A stretch of 59,327 nt of DNA from Thermoplasmata archaeon (GTDB taxonomy: Archaea > Thermoplasmatota > Thermoplasmata > RBG-16-68-12 > JAFNFQ01). Location of the stretch: NCBI GenBank assembly GCA_041489255.1, contig JBGPQV010000018.1:1-59327 (forward strand), in the 5' to 3' direction. The stretch's first letter is position 1. Every line of letters starts with the position of its first letter. The notes under the pieces are model-generated. The model saw nothing but the letters and a program-made list of their open reading frames with translations, was not told the DNA's origin and searched no databases. The position numbers and the translations under genes are program-made. Below are positions 1 through 10,900 of this stretch, one piece after another.

Positions 1-231
1 CGACTTCTATTGGAAGCTTCGTCCCGAACGGATCTTCGGCTTAGTCGACTCGTGGTTTTGGGAGGGATATCTTTAAATGGAAACTGATTACGGGATAAGA
101 GAAAAGGCCTGCTGACCTCCTTCCGGAGTACATCCGATGGTACAACGGGGATCGGTTGTCGCTCGGAATAGGGGGGACACATTCGAGCATCTACGCCTAG
201 AGGAATGTTACCGATGTCCCTTGACACAACA
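1..231 (+). mobile_element. Degenerate IS481-like transposase C-terminal fragments and IS ends
   Basis: 2-75 reads DFYWKLRPERIFGLVDSWFWEGYL*. ~120-200 reads PEYIRWYNGDRLSLGIGG..IYA*, resembling the YxxWYNxxRxHxxL tail of DDE integrase-core transposases. The segment ends in ...GACACAACA (231), the ACA terminus typical of IS481. Confidence 0.45.
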
Positions 232-345
232 GGGGAAAATGCTTGATATGCCAGACACGACTAAAGACTTTCATTGCGAGAGTGGCAAGGCACACAAGAG
301 ACATGGCGCTATAAGCGTCAGAGTCCACAGAAAGACGCACAAACG

Positions 346-885
346 CTAGAGCCTACCCGTAGCAAGCAGGGCGGAGCTGGCCGTCAGGGAATAACTGTAG
401 CCAGGCTCGTAGCCGCCCGCGGGCCAGTGGACGCCTGGGGCGGGCAAGTGCTCGGCCTTCTTGAATATGCTTATCGTGTCCCCGACCGACAGCCCAGCCC
501 CGGAAACGCCATGGTACACGGCCTTGTACGTCGGCGAGTTCGACAGGGTCAGGTCTGACAGCGGGACGCGGTTGAGCTTTATCACACCGCTCCAGTCGTA
601 GATGATGAGCCCCACGGAAGACGACAGTATGCCTGGGCTGTCCACGTGGCTGACTATCAGCGTCCAGTTGCCGTCCTGGTAGTCGGACATCACTATGTCG
701 ATGCTGTCCTCACCAGCCGACGACCCGGGCAGCAGACTGCTCACCATGACGAACAGCGTGCTCACGAGAACCAAGGTAATCGCGACCAATAGTATGGTGG
801 CGATGACCGGAGATACTGCTTCTTCATCCTTCCGGATGAGCCAAGACTTCTTCGTTTCTTGTCCTCCTGCGGGAGCTGGCCACAC
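346..885 (-). CDS. Archaeal type IV pilin (Pilin_N/DUF1628-like)
   Basis: Class III signal KDEEA|VSPVIATILLVAITLVLV. GTG at 885 is preferred over the track start at 936 because a TATA-like TATTTATA lies ~25 nt upstream (907-915). Confidence 0.85.
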   Translation of the reverse strand: MWPAPAGGQETKKSWLIRKDEEAVSPVIATILLVAITLVLVSTLFVMVSSLLPGSSAGEDSIDIVMSDYQDGNWTLIVSHVDSPGILSSSVGLIIYDWSGVIKLNRVPLSDLTLSNSPTYKAVYHGVSGAGLSVGDTISIFKKAEHLPAPGVHWPAGGYEPGYSYSLTASSALLATGRL

Positions 886-1232
886 GATTGCATCTCGCTT
901 TGAGCGTATAAATATATTGTGCTTGCGCAAAGTCAAGGGTCATCGGCAACATATCCCGGGCACAACAGAGAGACGCGATCGAGCATCGGTACGGCGGCAG
1001 AATGGTCCCGGCGAAGCCTGCGGCGGTCCAGACATCGCTCGCCGACGTCGTTCGACCATGAACACTCGTTTCTTTGCGGGGAAAATGACGGTGAATCGCT
1101 CCGAAAATGCGTACAAACCCCCATTTCCGATGCAACAGGCCATCGCACAAACGCACCGTTTCAAGTGACGAGGTTTCGAGGGCGTCTTACAGATAAGAAT
1201 CGACCAGCCAGTATTCCCTTTCCTATCGACAT

Positions 1233-1241
1233 CTATAAATA
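1233..1241 (+). promoter_or_regulatory. TATA box of pilus operon
   Basis: CTATAAATA ~60 nt upstream of ATG 1302, which has a GGTGTG RBS-like motif. Confidence 0.5.
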
Positions 1242-1301
1242 GCGTAGGGGGGTTGAGACAACTTGAGTTGCCCCCTCCCCGTTCTCAGTAGGTGTGACAC
1301 T

Positions 1302-2390
1302 ATGAGACGCATAATTGCTCACAAGAAGAAGTGGGACGAAGAAGGCGTTGCCTCGACCGTCGGGACGATAATGGGCCTGCTGATTTTCCTGACCTTTTTG
1401 AGCCTCATCGTCAATTCGTACGTCCCGGTCTGGATGAAGGACTCGGAGTCCTCGCACATGAACGTCGCCTATGGACAGTTCGGCGACTTCAAGGAGTCGA
1501 TCGACACGCAGATGCTCTACGCACGCATGTCAGAGCTGGCGGGCGTCCACTTCACCCCGACCACAATCTTCACCCCGATAGCATTGGGCCTGGACGGCGT
1601 CCCGATATTCTCGTCCCCGACGCTCGGCCTGCTGACCGTGGACCAGGCCAAGGCGCCCTGGAACGCCTGGTTCGGCTACTACCCCAACAAGGTCGTCAAC
1701 GTCAAGCAGGTCGTGAACGAGAGCGCGGGCGGATATGTGAGGCTCGATGTCTACAACAGGTACTTCGTCCCGCAGACTCTGGCCTACGAGAACGGCGGTG
1801 TGCTGAAGGCCCAGAGCGACGGGATGGTCCTGAGGGCGGAGCCGACGTTCGACATCACCTTCGTGAACAACACCGAGGAGATCACCCTGGTCATGATCAC
1901 GATGCTGGGCTATGGTTCCATCCAGGGCTCCACGACCGAGGGAATTCACGCGAAGGTCATCAGCGCGAGCATGGACGAGTACAAGCGCGTGTGGACCGAC
2001 GTCAGCCTGAACCACACGACCCCGTTCGGCCTCGCCTGGTGGGGTTACTACAACAAGACCCTGAGCGACCTCTTCGGGATCACGCCGGACAGGTACATGC
2101 CCCCCAACCTCTGCACGCCAGACAACCCCAGCGATTCCGGTTACCCCGGGTACTGCTACACGCAGCAGAGCGTCCCCGTCTACGGACGGATCCCTAGGAT
2201 GGTAAGGAGCCCCTACTTCAAGATCGACCTTACGCTGAACCAGACCTCGCTGGACTTCAGAATCGTGATTACGTTCAAGAACGACTATAGCAACATCTAC
2301 GCCCGGATGATGCCGATCAAGACCCTGCGAATCATGAAGGTGGTAGTCAACACGGCGGTGGGCGGGATCGGGTCCCTGGTGGACATCTGA
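1302..2390 (+). CDS. Large minor pilin-like protein with class III signal peptide
   Basis: KKKWDEEG|VASTVGTIMGLLIFLTFLSLIV; first gene of the pilus assembly operon. Confidence 0.75.
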   Translation: MRRIIAHKKKWDEEGVASTVGTIMGLLIFLTFLSLIVNSYVPVWMKDSESSHMNVAYGQFGDFKESIDTQMLYARMSELAGVHFTPTTIFTPIALGLDGVPIFSSPTLGLLTVDQAKAPWNAWFGYYPNKVVNVKQVVNESAGGYVRLDVYNRYFVPQTLAYENGGVLKAQSDGMVLRAEPTFDITFVNNTEEITLVMITMLGYGSIQGSTTEGIHAKVISASMDEYKRVWTDVSLNHTTPFGLAWWGYYNKTLSDLFGITPDRYMPPNLCTPDNPSDSGYPGYCYTQQSVPVYGRIPRMVRSPYFKIDLTLNQTSLDFRIVITFKNDYSNIYARMMPIKTLRIMKVVVNTAVGGIGSLVDI

Positions 2391-2399
2391 GGTGATTGA

Positions 2400-4058
2400 G
2401 TGGCGAAGGCGATTCGGAAGATAATGCTGCCCAAAGGCACCCTGGCTAGCGGAGCGAAATGGGAAGGCACGCGCGGCTCGTACCTCACGCCGATACCGCT
2501 CGTGGGGGAGAACACCGAGGAGGTCGAGGTGATCCCTATCAGGGAGCCGTTCTCCTACTCGCGCGTCGTGTTCAACAAGGAATACTCCGAGTACCTCTAC
2601 GAGGTCTGGGAGCCGCTGCTGGACGAGAAGGAGAAGAAGCTCCTCGAGATGGTCAAGGACGCCCTCACCAGGACGCTCGAGTACGAGCTGGAGAAGATGG
2701 CGGCGAAGGACAAGGAGGAGTACCTCAAGGAGGCGGTCGAGAGCTTCATCAAGTCGCGAGGGATCGCGATGGAGAAGAGCTCGAAGGACAAGGTCATCTA
2801 CTACATCATCAGGGACTTCGTCGGCTACGGGAAGATCGAGACCCTGATGAACGACCCCAGGATAGAGGACGTGTCCTGCGACGGCACGAACATCCCCCTG
2901 TTCATATTCCACCAGAAGTTCGAGAGCATCAAGACGAATGTGATCTTCCCGACCGACGAGGAGATCAACAACTTCGTCGTCGCGATGGGGCAGCGCTGCG
3001 GCAAGCAGATCTCCGTCGCGAGCCCCCTGCTCGACGGCACGTCGGTCGAGGGGCACAGAGTCCAGGCGACGTACTCGAGAGAGGTCACGACGAGGGGGTC
3101 CTCCTTCACGATAAGGCGGTTCAAGGAGAAGCCTTTCACCCCTGTCGAGCTGATCAAGTTCAACACCGCTTCGCCTGAGATGGTGGCCTATCTGTGGAAC
3201 GCCGTGGAGCACGGCAAGTCGGTCATGTGCTGCGGCGGTACCGCCAGCGGGAAGACCGCGACGCTGAATAGCGCGGCGCTGTTCATCAGGCCAGGCGCCA
3301 AGATCGTGAGCATCGAGGACACCCGTGAGATCAACCTCCCGCACGAGAACTGGATTCCCGGCACGACGAGGAGCGGGGTAGGCGAGAGGGGGCCCGACGG
3401 CAAGGCGGCGGGAGAGATAGACATGTTCGACCTCGTCAGGGCGGCGCTGAGGCAGAGGCCCAACTACATCATTGTCGGAGAGGTCAGAGGGAAAGAGACC
3501 TACACGATGTTCCAAGCGATGGCCACCGGTCACCCGACGATGAGCACTATGCACGCGGACTCGGTCAAGTCGATGGTCAACCGTCTGGAGAACCCGCCTA
3601 TCAACACCCCGAGGATACTCCTGACCGCGCTGAACCTGGTGGTCATCCAGACCCACGCGAGGGTCGGCGACAGCATCGTGAGGCGCATCAAGCAGGTCGT
3701 CGAGCTGGTCGGGTTCGAGCCGGAGACGAACGAGCTCATCACCAACACGGTGTACGAGTGGGACCCGGCCACGGACACTTTCATCTTCAAGGGGCACAGC
3801 TTCATCTTCGATGAGATCATGGAAATGAAGAACATGACCCACGAGGAGATGGACGCGGAGTTCCAGAGGCGCGTGGATATCATCAACTACATGGTCGAGA
3901 AGAACATAATCGACTTCAGGGAAATCGCCAGGATCGTAGTCTCATATTACCAGTACCCCGAGGAGACCGTCAAGAAGATCAGGGACGAGATGGGGTGGAT
4001 CAGGGAGCAGCCGCTGCCCTCCGGCGAGGAGGAAGCGGGAGGTGAGACCGTTGGCTGA
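2400..4058 (+). CDS. Type IV pilus/T2SS assembly ATPase (FlaI/PilB/VirB11 family), copy 1
   Basis: Walker A GGTASGKT, SIEDTRE, LRQRPNYIIVGEVRG, ATGH..STMHA. Confidence 0.95.
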   Translation: MAKAIRKIMLPKGTLASGAKWEGTRGSYLTPIPLVGENTEEVEVIPIREPFSYSRVVFNKEYSEYLYEVWEPLLDEKEKKLLEMVKDALTRTLEYELEKMAAKDKEEYLKEAVESFIKSRGIAMEKSSKDKVIYYIIRDFVGYGKIETLMNDPRIEDVSCDGTNIPLFIFHQKFESIKTNVIFPTDEEINNFVVAMGQRCGKQISVASPLLDGTSVEGHRVQATYSREVTTRGSSFTIRRFKEKPFTPVELIKFNTASPEMVAYLWNAVEHGKSVMCCGGTASGKTATLNSAALFIRPGAKIVSIEDTREINLPHENWIPGTTRSGVGERGPDGKAAGEIDMFDLVRAALRQRPNYIIVGEVRGKETYTMFQAMATGHPTMSTMHADSVKSMVNRLENPPINTPRILLTALNLVVIQTHARVGDSIVRRIKQVVELVGFEPETNELITNTVYEWDPATDTFIFKGHSFIFDEIMEMKNMTHEEMDAEFQRRVDIINYMVEKNIIDFREIARIVVSYYQYPEETVKKIRDEMGWIREQPLPSGEEEAGGETVG

Positions 4059-5094
4059 AGGAGCTAGCTTCGACACTCTCACGACGCGCAGGACGCTGCA
4101 GAAGACCAAGCGCACCAGGCCGGGCGAGGAACTGGTGGTGAGGCCTCACCACCAGGTCATGCTGCCCAAGGGCTCAAAGCCGGTCACCGTGCCGCTGAGC
4201 CCGTTCCAGGCGATGTCCTGGCGGGTGATGGGGAAGTTCGTGACCTCCAGGTACGAGGGCAACGAGGAGCTCGAGGAGAACCTGCTGAGGGCTCACATGC
4301 GTTTGAGGCCGGAGGAGTACGTCGCATGGGGCTGGATGTCTCTGGCGATCATCTCGGGCGTGTGCGTGACGTTCGGCGTGGTCCTGGGCATATTGCTCTT
4401 CGTGATGGCCTGGCCCCTGCTATACGTGATCCTCTACCCCGCAATGATAATCATGCTTCCGATACTCTTGACTCGGATGGTGTTCTTCGGGCTGTCCCGG
4501 CTCTACAGGGGCATGCCGGCGGGCAGGGCGAAGAAGCGCGGCAAGATCATCGACGCGAAGATTACCGGCTCCATGAGCTTCATCTCCGCCATGGCCTCGG
4601 CCGACGTCCCCATCGACGTCATCTTCAAGGAACTCTCCCGCCAGCCGATCTACAAGGAAATCGCGAAAGAGGCGGAATGGATCACCAGGGACACGGAGCT
4701 CCTCGGGGTCGACATCCTCACCGCCGTCAGGAGGGCCGTGGGCAGGACCCCCTCGACGAAGTTCCAAGACTTCCTGCAGGGCGTGGTGACGACGAGCACG
4801 TCCGGCGGCCAGTTGAAGCCCTACTTCCTAGTGAAGGCCGAGCAGTTCGAGAAGGAGGACAAGCTGGATATGAGGAAGAAGATGGAGACCCTCGGCATGC
4901 TGGCCGAGTCGTTCGTGACCGTCGTGGTCGCGTTCCCCCTGTTCCTCGTCGTGATTATGGCGATAATGGCGCTCATCAGCAAGACCGGCAGCGGCTTCGT
5001 CACGACGCTGCTGTTCGCCGTCGTCGGGCTGATGATCCCCATGTCCCAGTTCGGCTTCATTTTCGTCATATGGAACATGGAACAGGAGGCCTGA
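4051..5094 (+). CDS. TadC/FlaJ-like (T2SS F) membrane platform protein
   Basis: Transmembrane helices plus T2SSF core (ELLGVDILTA..TPSTKFQDFLQG). TTG start follows GGAGGTGA. Confidence 0.9.
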   Translation: MAEGASFDTLTTRRTLQKTKRTRPGEELVVRPHHQVMLPKGSKPVTVPLSPFQAMSWRVMGKFVTSRYEGNEELEENLLRAHMRLRPEEYVAWGWMSLAIISGVCVTFGVVLGILLFVMAWPLLYVILYPAMIIMLPILLTRMVFFGLSRLYRGMPAGRAKKRGKIIDAKITGSMSFISAMASADVPIDVIFKELSRQPIYKEIAKEAEWITRDTELLGVDILTAVRRAVGRTPSTKFQDFLQGVVTTSTSGGQLKPYFLVKAEQFEKEDKLDMRKKMETLGMLAESFVTVVVAFPLFLVVIMAIMALISKTGSGFVTTLLFAVVGLMIPMSQFGFIFVIWNMEQEA

Positions 5095-5098
5095 CTAG

Positions 5099-6031
5099 AT
5101 GGCACGCAAAGAGTTGGAAGAGGCCAGGACAAGGCTCTACCAGAAGTCCGACAGGACCAGGATAATCCTCGGGGTCGGTGGCGCGCTGTTCGCCGTCATG
5201 CTGATCATAGGCATCCTGAACGGCATCGACTCGATCAACACCACGGGGAGGCCCAGCGAGCTGCCGATCCGGCGGGCGATAACTTGGGTCACTATCGCGG
5301 TGATGTGCTTCATCGGCCCCTACGGCTTCTACGCCTCCGGCAAGCAGAAGCTGGTCAAGCAGATAGAGCGCAGGCTCCCTGACTTCCTCCGCGACGTCGC
5401 AGAGGCCGGCCGCTTCGGCATGATTCTCGCCGAGGCGATAATGGTGTCCTCTTCAGGAAGATACGGCAAGCTTACCCCTGAGATCAAGAAGATGGCCGCG
5501 CAGATATCCTGGGGAGTCCCGGCAACCGAGGCGCTGCGGCTGTTCGCCATACGCGTCAAGACCCCGATGACCGAGCGTGTCGTGAGCATCATCGTCAAGA
5601 GCAGCGACGCTGGCGGTGACGTCGCGGACGTGCTGACGATGGTCAGCCACGCGACCAAGGAGACGCAGCTGACGGAGGAGGAGAGGAAGATCTCCATGTC
5701 CACCTACGTCGCTGTCATCTATATCTCCTTCCTAGTTTTCATCGTCACGATCTGGATCATGAACGTGACGTTCCTGCCGAAGATGGTCGAGGCGGGGACG
5801 TCGCTGTCTAGCGGCGGGGTCGGCGGCGCGAGCACGGTCGAGTCCCCTCTTGCGAAGGACATAGTCGGGGTCGTCAACACGATCCAGCTGGCCTTCATCA
5901 CCGCCATGCTCGTCCACGCCGTGGGCGACGGCATACTCGCCGGGGTCCTCGACAACGGCAAGATAGCCACCGGTCTGCGCCACTCCTTCATCATGCTCTT
6001 CATCTGTGTTCTGAGCTTCATGGCGATGTAG
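5099..6031 (+). CDS. TadC/FlaJ-like (T2SS F) membrane platform protein 2
   Basis: IERRLPDFLRDVAE..YGKLTPEI..ISWG..GGDVADVL motif and transmembrane helices. Confidence 0.9.
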   Translation: MARKELEEARTRLYQKSDRTRIILGVGGALFAVMLIIGILNGIDSINTTGRPSELPIRRAITWVTIAVMCFIGPYGFYASGKQKLVKQIERRLPDFLRDVAEAGRFGMILAEAIMVSSSGRYGKLTPEIKKMAAQISWGVPATEALRLFAIRVKTPMTERVVSIIVKSSDAGGDVADVLTMVSHATKETQLTEEERKISMSTYVAVIYISFLVFIVTIWIMNVTFLPKMVEAGTSLSSGGVGGASTVESPLAKDIVGVVNTIQLAFITAMLVHAVGDGILAGVLDNGKIATGLRHSFIMLFICVLSFMAM

Positions 6032-6039
6032 GTGATAAC

Positions 6040-7854
6040 ATGGCCGCAGCTTCCGGAAAGGACGTCGCGAAGGAGATCGAGGAACTCGACCGCAAGGAGG
6101 CCGCAGCATCGGCGAAGCTGGCGGCGCTGAAGAGGGAGACGAGCGAAGCGGAAGAGATGCTCGAGAAGATCGAGAAGAAGAAGCGGGGCGCCATATTCTC
6201 CGCCCTCGACTCGTTCAAGAGGAAGTACTTCAAGTCGCTCCTCGGGGACAAGGGCGTCAAGGTGCTCGCCCCCAAGCTCAGCGCGGTGGAGGAGAAGACG
6301 CTCGGCATGATCACCACCATCCCGAAGATCGTCAACCCCAACATGAGGGAGATCGAGATACAGCCGGTCCTGAAGAACTACTCCTACGTCAGGGTACTCT
6401 ACGACACGATGGCCAACGAGTACTTCTACGAGGTGATCGAGCCAAAGCTCCTCGAGGAAGAGGAGGAGCTGCTCGAGGTCCTCAAGGAGATCCTGGTCGA
6501 GAGCCTCGAGATGACGGAGGACGAGCTCCCGAAGACCAAGGAGACCTACCTCAGGAGGATCGTCGAGGGGCTGCTCAAGGAGCTCGGCGTGAACCTCCAC
6601 CCCATCTCGAAGGAGCGCGTCATGTACTACGTGATCAGGGACTTCATCAGGTACGGGCCCATCGACGCGGTCATGATCGACGTCCAGGTGGAAGACGTGT
6701 CCTGCGATGGCGTCAATATCCCCTTCTACATCTACCACAGGAAGTACGGCTCCATCCCGTCGAACCTCCGCTTCAACTCCGCCGAGGAGGCCGACTCGTT
6801 CATCGTCTGGCTCGCGCAGAAGTGCGGGAAGCACATCTCGGTCGCGATGCCCATGCTGGACGCGACGGTCCCCGACGGCTCGAGGCTGCAGGCGAACCTC
6901 GGGAGCCACGTCACCAAGCGCGGGTCCTCTTTCACGATAAGGCGGTTCAGGGAGAACCCGTTCACCCCGCTGGACCTGGTCCGCTTCAAGACCATGTCGC
7001 CGGAGATGATGGCGTACTGCTGGCTCGCGATCGAGAACGGCCAGAGCATGCTGATCTGCGGCGGCACCGCGAGCGGGAAGACCACCACGCTCAACGCGAT
7101 CCTCCTGTTCATCCCGCCGCAGATGAAGATCACCAGCATCGAGGACACGAGGGAGCTGAACCTGCCCCACGAGAACTGGGTGCCGCTGCTCACCCGCGCG
7201 GGATTCGGCGGGAAGAGCCACATCACAGGCAAGGCGGCCGGGGAGATAGACATGTTCGACCTGCTCATCACCGCCCTGCGCCAGAGGCCGCAGTACCTGA
7301 TGGTCGGAGAGGTGAGAGGCCAAGAGGCGTTCGTCGTCTTCCAGGCCATGGCAACGGGCAAGAGCGCCTACACCACCTTCCACGCAGACGACGTGCAGAG
7401 CATGGTTCACAGACTGGAGAACGACCCGATCAACCTGCCGAGGGCGCTCGTGGCGGCCCTCGACATCGTGCTCCTGCAGGCACAGGTGAAGGTGGGGACC
7501 GACATGACCAGGCGGGTGAAAGGCCTGGTCGAGGTCGTCTGGACGGACCCTGAGAGCAACGAGCTCATCACCAACTCCGCCTACACGTGGAACCCCGCCG
7601 ACGACTCGTTCAACTACAGCGGCCACAGCTACGTCTTCGAGAAGATAATGCAGGCCAGGAACTGGAACCAGAAGAGGATGGAGCAGGAGGTCAAGAGGCG
7701 CCTGGACATCTTCGACTACATGAAGAAGGTGGCCATCCAGAACCACAGGGACGTCGCCAAGATAGTCTCGGGGTACTACAGGGACCCCGAGGGCTGGATA
7801 AAGCGGATCAGGGAGTCCCTGGCGGCCGACAAACCTCCGACCAACGGCGCGTAG
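6040..7854 (+). CDS. Type IV pilus assembly ATPase, copy 2
   Basis: GGTASGKT, SIEDTRE, LRQRPQYLMVGEVRG; N-terminal coiled-coil extension. Confidence 0.95.
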   Translation: MAAASGKDVAKEIEELDRKEAAASAKLAALKRETSEAEEMLEKIEKKKRGAIFSALDSFKRKYFKSLLGDKGVKVLAPKLSAVEEKTLGMITTIPKIVNPNMREIEIQPVLKNYSYVRVLYDTMANEYFYEVIEPKLLEEEEELLEVLKEILVESLEMTEDELPKTKETYLRRIVEGLLKELGVNLHPISKERVMYYVIRDFIRYGPIDAVMIDVQVEDVSCDGVNIPFYIYHRKYGSIPSNLRFNSAEEADSFIVWLAQKCGKHISVAMPMLDATVPDGSRLQANLGSHVTKRGSSFTIRRFRENPFTPLDLVRFKTMSPEMMAYCWLAIENGQSMLICGGTASGKTTTLNAILLFIPPQMKITSIEDTRELNLPHENWVPLLTRAGFGGKSHITGKAAGEIDMFDLLITALRQRPQYLMVGEVRGQEAFVVFQAMATGKSAYTTFHADDVQSMVHRLENDPINLPRALVAALDIVLLQAQVKVGTDMTRRVKGLVEVVWTDPESNELITNSAYTWNPADDSFNYSGHSYVFEKIMQARNWNQKRMEQEVKRRLDIFDYMKKVAIQNHRDVAKIVSGYYRDPEGWIKRIRESLAADKPPTNGA

Positions 7855-7968
7855 GCAGAAAGAGTCGTCAGTCTGGGCGTGTTCAGCTTCCAGCCTGATT
7901 GCTGACGCGCTGCACCAGTCCTGGCTGCGTTCTCACGCGGGACTTAGGGGGGGGGAGGAGGTCAATCC

Positions 7969-10900
7969 CTAAATCTCCTCCTCGCTCGACGTCCCCTCGC
8001 CCTGGGCCGCCCCTTCCTGGCCCTCTCCCGGCTTCCTGATGACGACCTTCCTCTGGATCACAGTCGGGGTGACCGGTTTCTTCACGACGACCTTCTTGGG
8101 CACGGGCTCGACGGGGCGCGGCTCTGCCGCCTGGGGAGCCTGCTCGGCCCTCGCGGGCTCCTTCTTCTCTTCCTTTGGCGGGGGCCTCTTCTTCGGTTCC
8201 TCCTTCTTCATGAGGGTGCCGCACTTGTGGCACACCGTCGCGTTGATCGAGTTGAGTGTGCCGCAGGACGGGCAGGGCTTGCTGCCCATCTTCCTCATCT
8301 CTTCCTCGTCGCGCAGCCAGTCCTCGAAGGTGAGGAAGCTCGGCTGCTTCTTCCACCAGGCCTCGAACTCCTCGTCGCTCAGCGGCCTGCCTATCTCGGC
8401 CTGCGCCTGCTCGCGGAACTTCTTCTTGACCTCGTCGTACTGCACACGCATCTTCTGCTCGTAGTCGGCCATCTCGACCTCGCCGGTCGCGAACTCGACG
8501 CCGCACTCCGGGCACTGCTTCACGTCGAGCGGGATCCAGGCCTGACAGTTCGAGCACTTCGCCATGTCCTTCTCGAACTCGACGCCGCACTTGGGGCACT
8601 TGACCGAGTCCTCCGGGATGAATGCGCCGCACTCGCCGCACTCGACCAGTTTCCCCAGTCCGACTTTCTTGGTGTAGGCGATGACGCCGACTATGACGAC
8701 GACTATGACGATTATGATGAGGAGGAACATCCACCACGGCAGTCCGAATATATTTATTTCCTTCACGCTCTCGACCGTGATCTTGATCGTCAGCGGCTGG
8801 ATGCCTTGCTGCGACGTGAACTCGATGTCATACGTCCCGTCCGACGCGGTCGACGGGATCAGGGCATCCACGAAAAGGAAGGCCCCGCCGAAGTCGCCGT
8901 TGGTGCTGGCGGACAGCACGGTCTGGACATCTCCCTCCTTCCTCATCGTCATGTCGATGGGGAGGTTGGGGATCGGTTCACCGGCTGCCACGGTCGTCAC
9001 CTGCCCCACGACCGTGAACGTGGCGCCGGGCTTGAACTTCAAACCGGCGGGAGTCGTGCTGAGGGTGAATTCGCCGACCGGCAGGAGGACGTTCAGCGTC
9101 ACGTTGGCCGCGTTGTTCGCCTCGCTGACCTCGCCGATCACCATGGTCGAGTCGACCCACACCGTGAACTGGTATGTTCCATTCGCCTCAATCGCGGGGA
9201 TGCTGTTGATCTGCATGTCGATCGTGCTGTTCGACTGCGCGCTGAGGTTCAGGTTGGTCATCAGCGAGAGACGGTCGCTCGAGCTCGGCGGCCAGACGCC
9301 CGCCCTCATGTAGTATATGCCAACTGAGAAGCCTGTGGCGCCGGTGTCGCCGTAATTGTAGATCTTGACCGGAACCAGGACGTGGCCTCTTTGGGTCATG
9401 TCGTAATGGTCCGCGAAGTCGGTCCGAATGATCGCCAAGTCCGGCGGGCTGGCGACGTACACCTGCATCGTGACCGAGTTGTCCACCGGGTTATAGTCAA
9501 TGTTCCTCATGCCGCCGGAGATCGTCGCCGTGAACATCAGGTCGTGCGAGCCTGTGCTCGGGGGTATCCATTGCAAGCTGGTCGTCGCGATTCCCCCGCG
9601 GTTCACCCTGAACGGGTCGGAGATGTCCGAGGCGGTTGGGCTGCCATCTATCCTGAGCTCCACCCTCACGTCAGTCCCGTCGTTCGTCCCTATGTTCGTG
9701 ACGTCGACGGTTATTGTCAGGGGGTTGCCCTGTATCGCCGTCGGTATGTGCACCTGCGACGCCTCGATGTGGAGGTCAGGCCACGTGTAGAGGTACAGCT
9801 GGGTTTTCCCGATATTGTTGAACTCATTCGTCTCCTTTATCGAACCGCCGTCGCTCGGAATTCCAACCGGCGGATCCACGACGACTGAGATGACATACGT
9901 CAGCTCGAACGCGCCCTCCGGCTTGTCCCAGGTCACGACGGCCGGAGCCGTCCCGCTCAACGGGACTGATATCATCTGCCGGCCGATGTACGTCGGCCCG
10001 TATGATGCGTTGGTGAGATCCATCAGGCCGTCGCCGTTCGTGTCCACGTCCTGATAGTAGAAGTTGACCCAGACCACCGGGACGCCTATCTCGCCCGTGT
10101 TCCTGATTGTCGCAGTGATGGTCAACGCCCTGTTGATCGGCTGCTGGTTGATGCCGCCGTTGTCCCCGGAGAACGAGATCGATTGGACGCTCAAGTCCGG
10201 GGTCAGCCGGCTGAAAGTCAGCCTGAATGTCAGATCGCTGTCCAGCAGCAGGGTGATATCCTGGTCCGGCACATAGCGCGTGCCGTTGATTGTAGCGTTG
10301 CCAGAGGCGGTATAGGTCGCGTTCATGTACTGAGACTGCACGGACGCGAACCTTTCCTCCGAGGGCGCCTTGTATAGAATCATGCCCTGCGGAGCGTTCA
10401 CCGGCCAGGACGTGCTGTTCGTGCCGAATATGTCGACTCCCGGGGTCGGGTTGGGCAGGCTTTCGCTCCTCAGGGTGACCATGTTCAACCTATAGAGCGA
10501 GATGTTTGTGTTCGACTCCGGCCTCAGGAACGCTCCAGTTCCGTCGACCGCCTCGACAGCTAGCCACCAGAACCGGGTGACCTTCGCCTTCTGCGTTATC
10601 GTACCCTCCCACCATCTCGTCATCTTTGTCGTGATGACATCGGTGATGTGGGCGTACTGGTGACCGCCGAAGACCAGTTGGTTCGTGAGAATCTGGTCGA
10701 GAGTTGCGTTGCGCAGGTCGATGTCCGGAGTCGCGAGGTTTCCATCATCCGACCTCAGGGCGATGTAGTTCGTGCCGTCCATGATCGGATCCCAGACCTT
10801 CGTCAGGCCTGCGGTGTCCACGTGCAGCCTCTTGCCCTGGAAGGTGACCCTGTTGAAGAACACGCTCGCACCGTGCGCGGAGATGTCTGCCTTCACGGTC

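Noticed and set aside
1530-7746. Long antisense ORFs (770 aa and 675 aa) and similar shadow ORFs elsewhere
   Set aside because: They mirror well-supported genes and are expected from high GC3 codon bias; no motifs.
346-7854. Archaellum operon
   Set aside because: No archaellin, ArlH/F/G or chemotaxis genes; the organisation fits a pilus.
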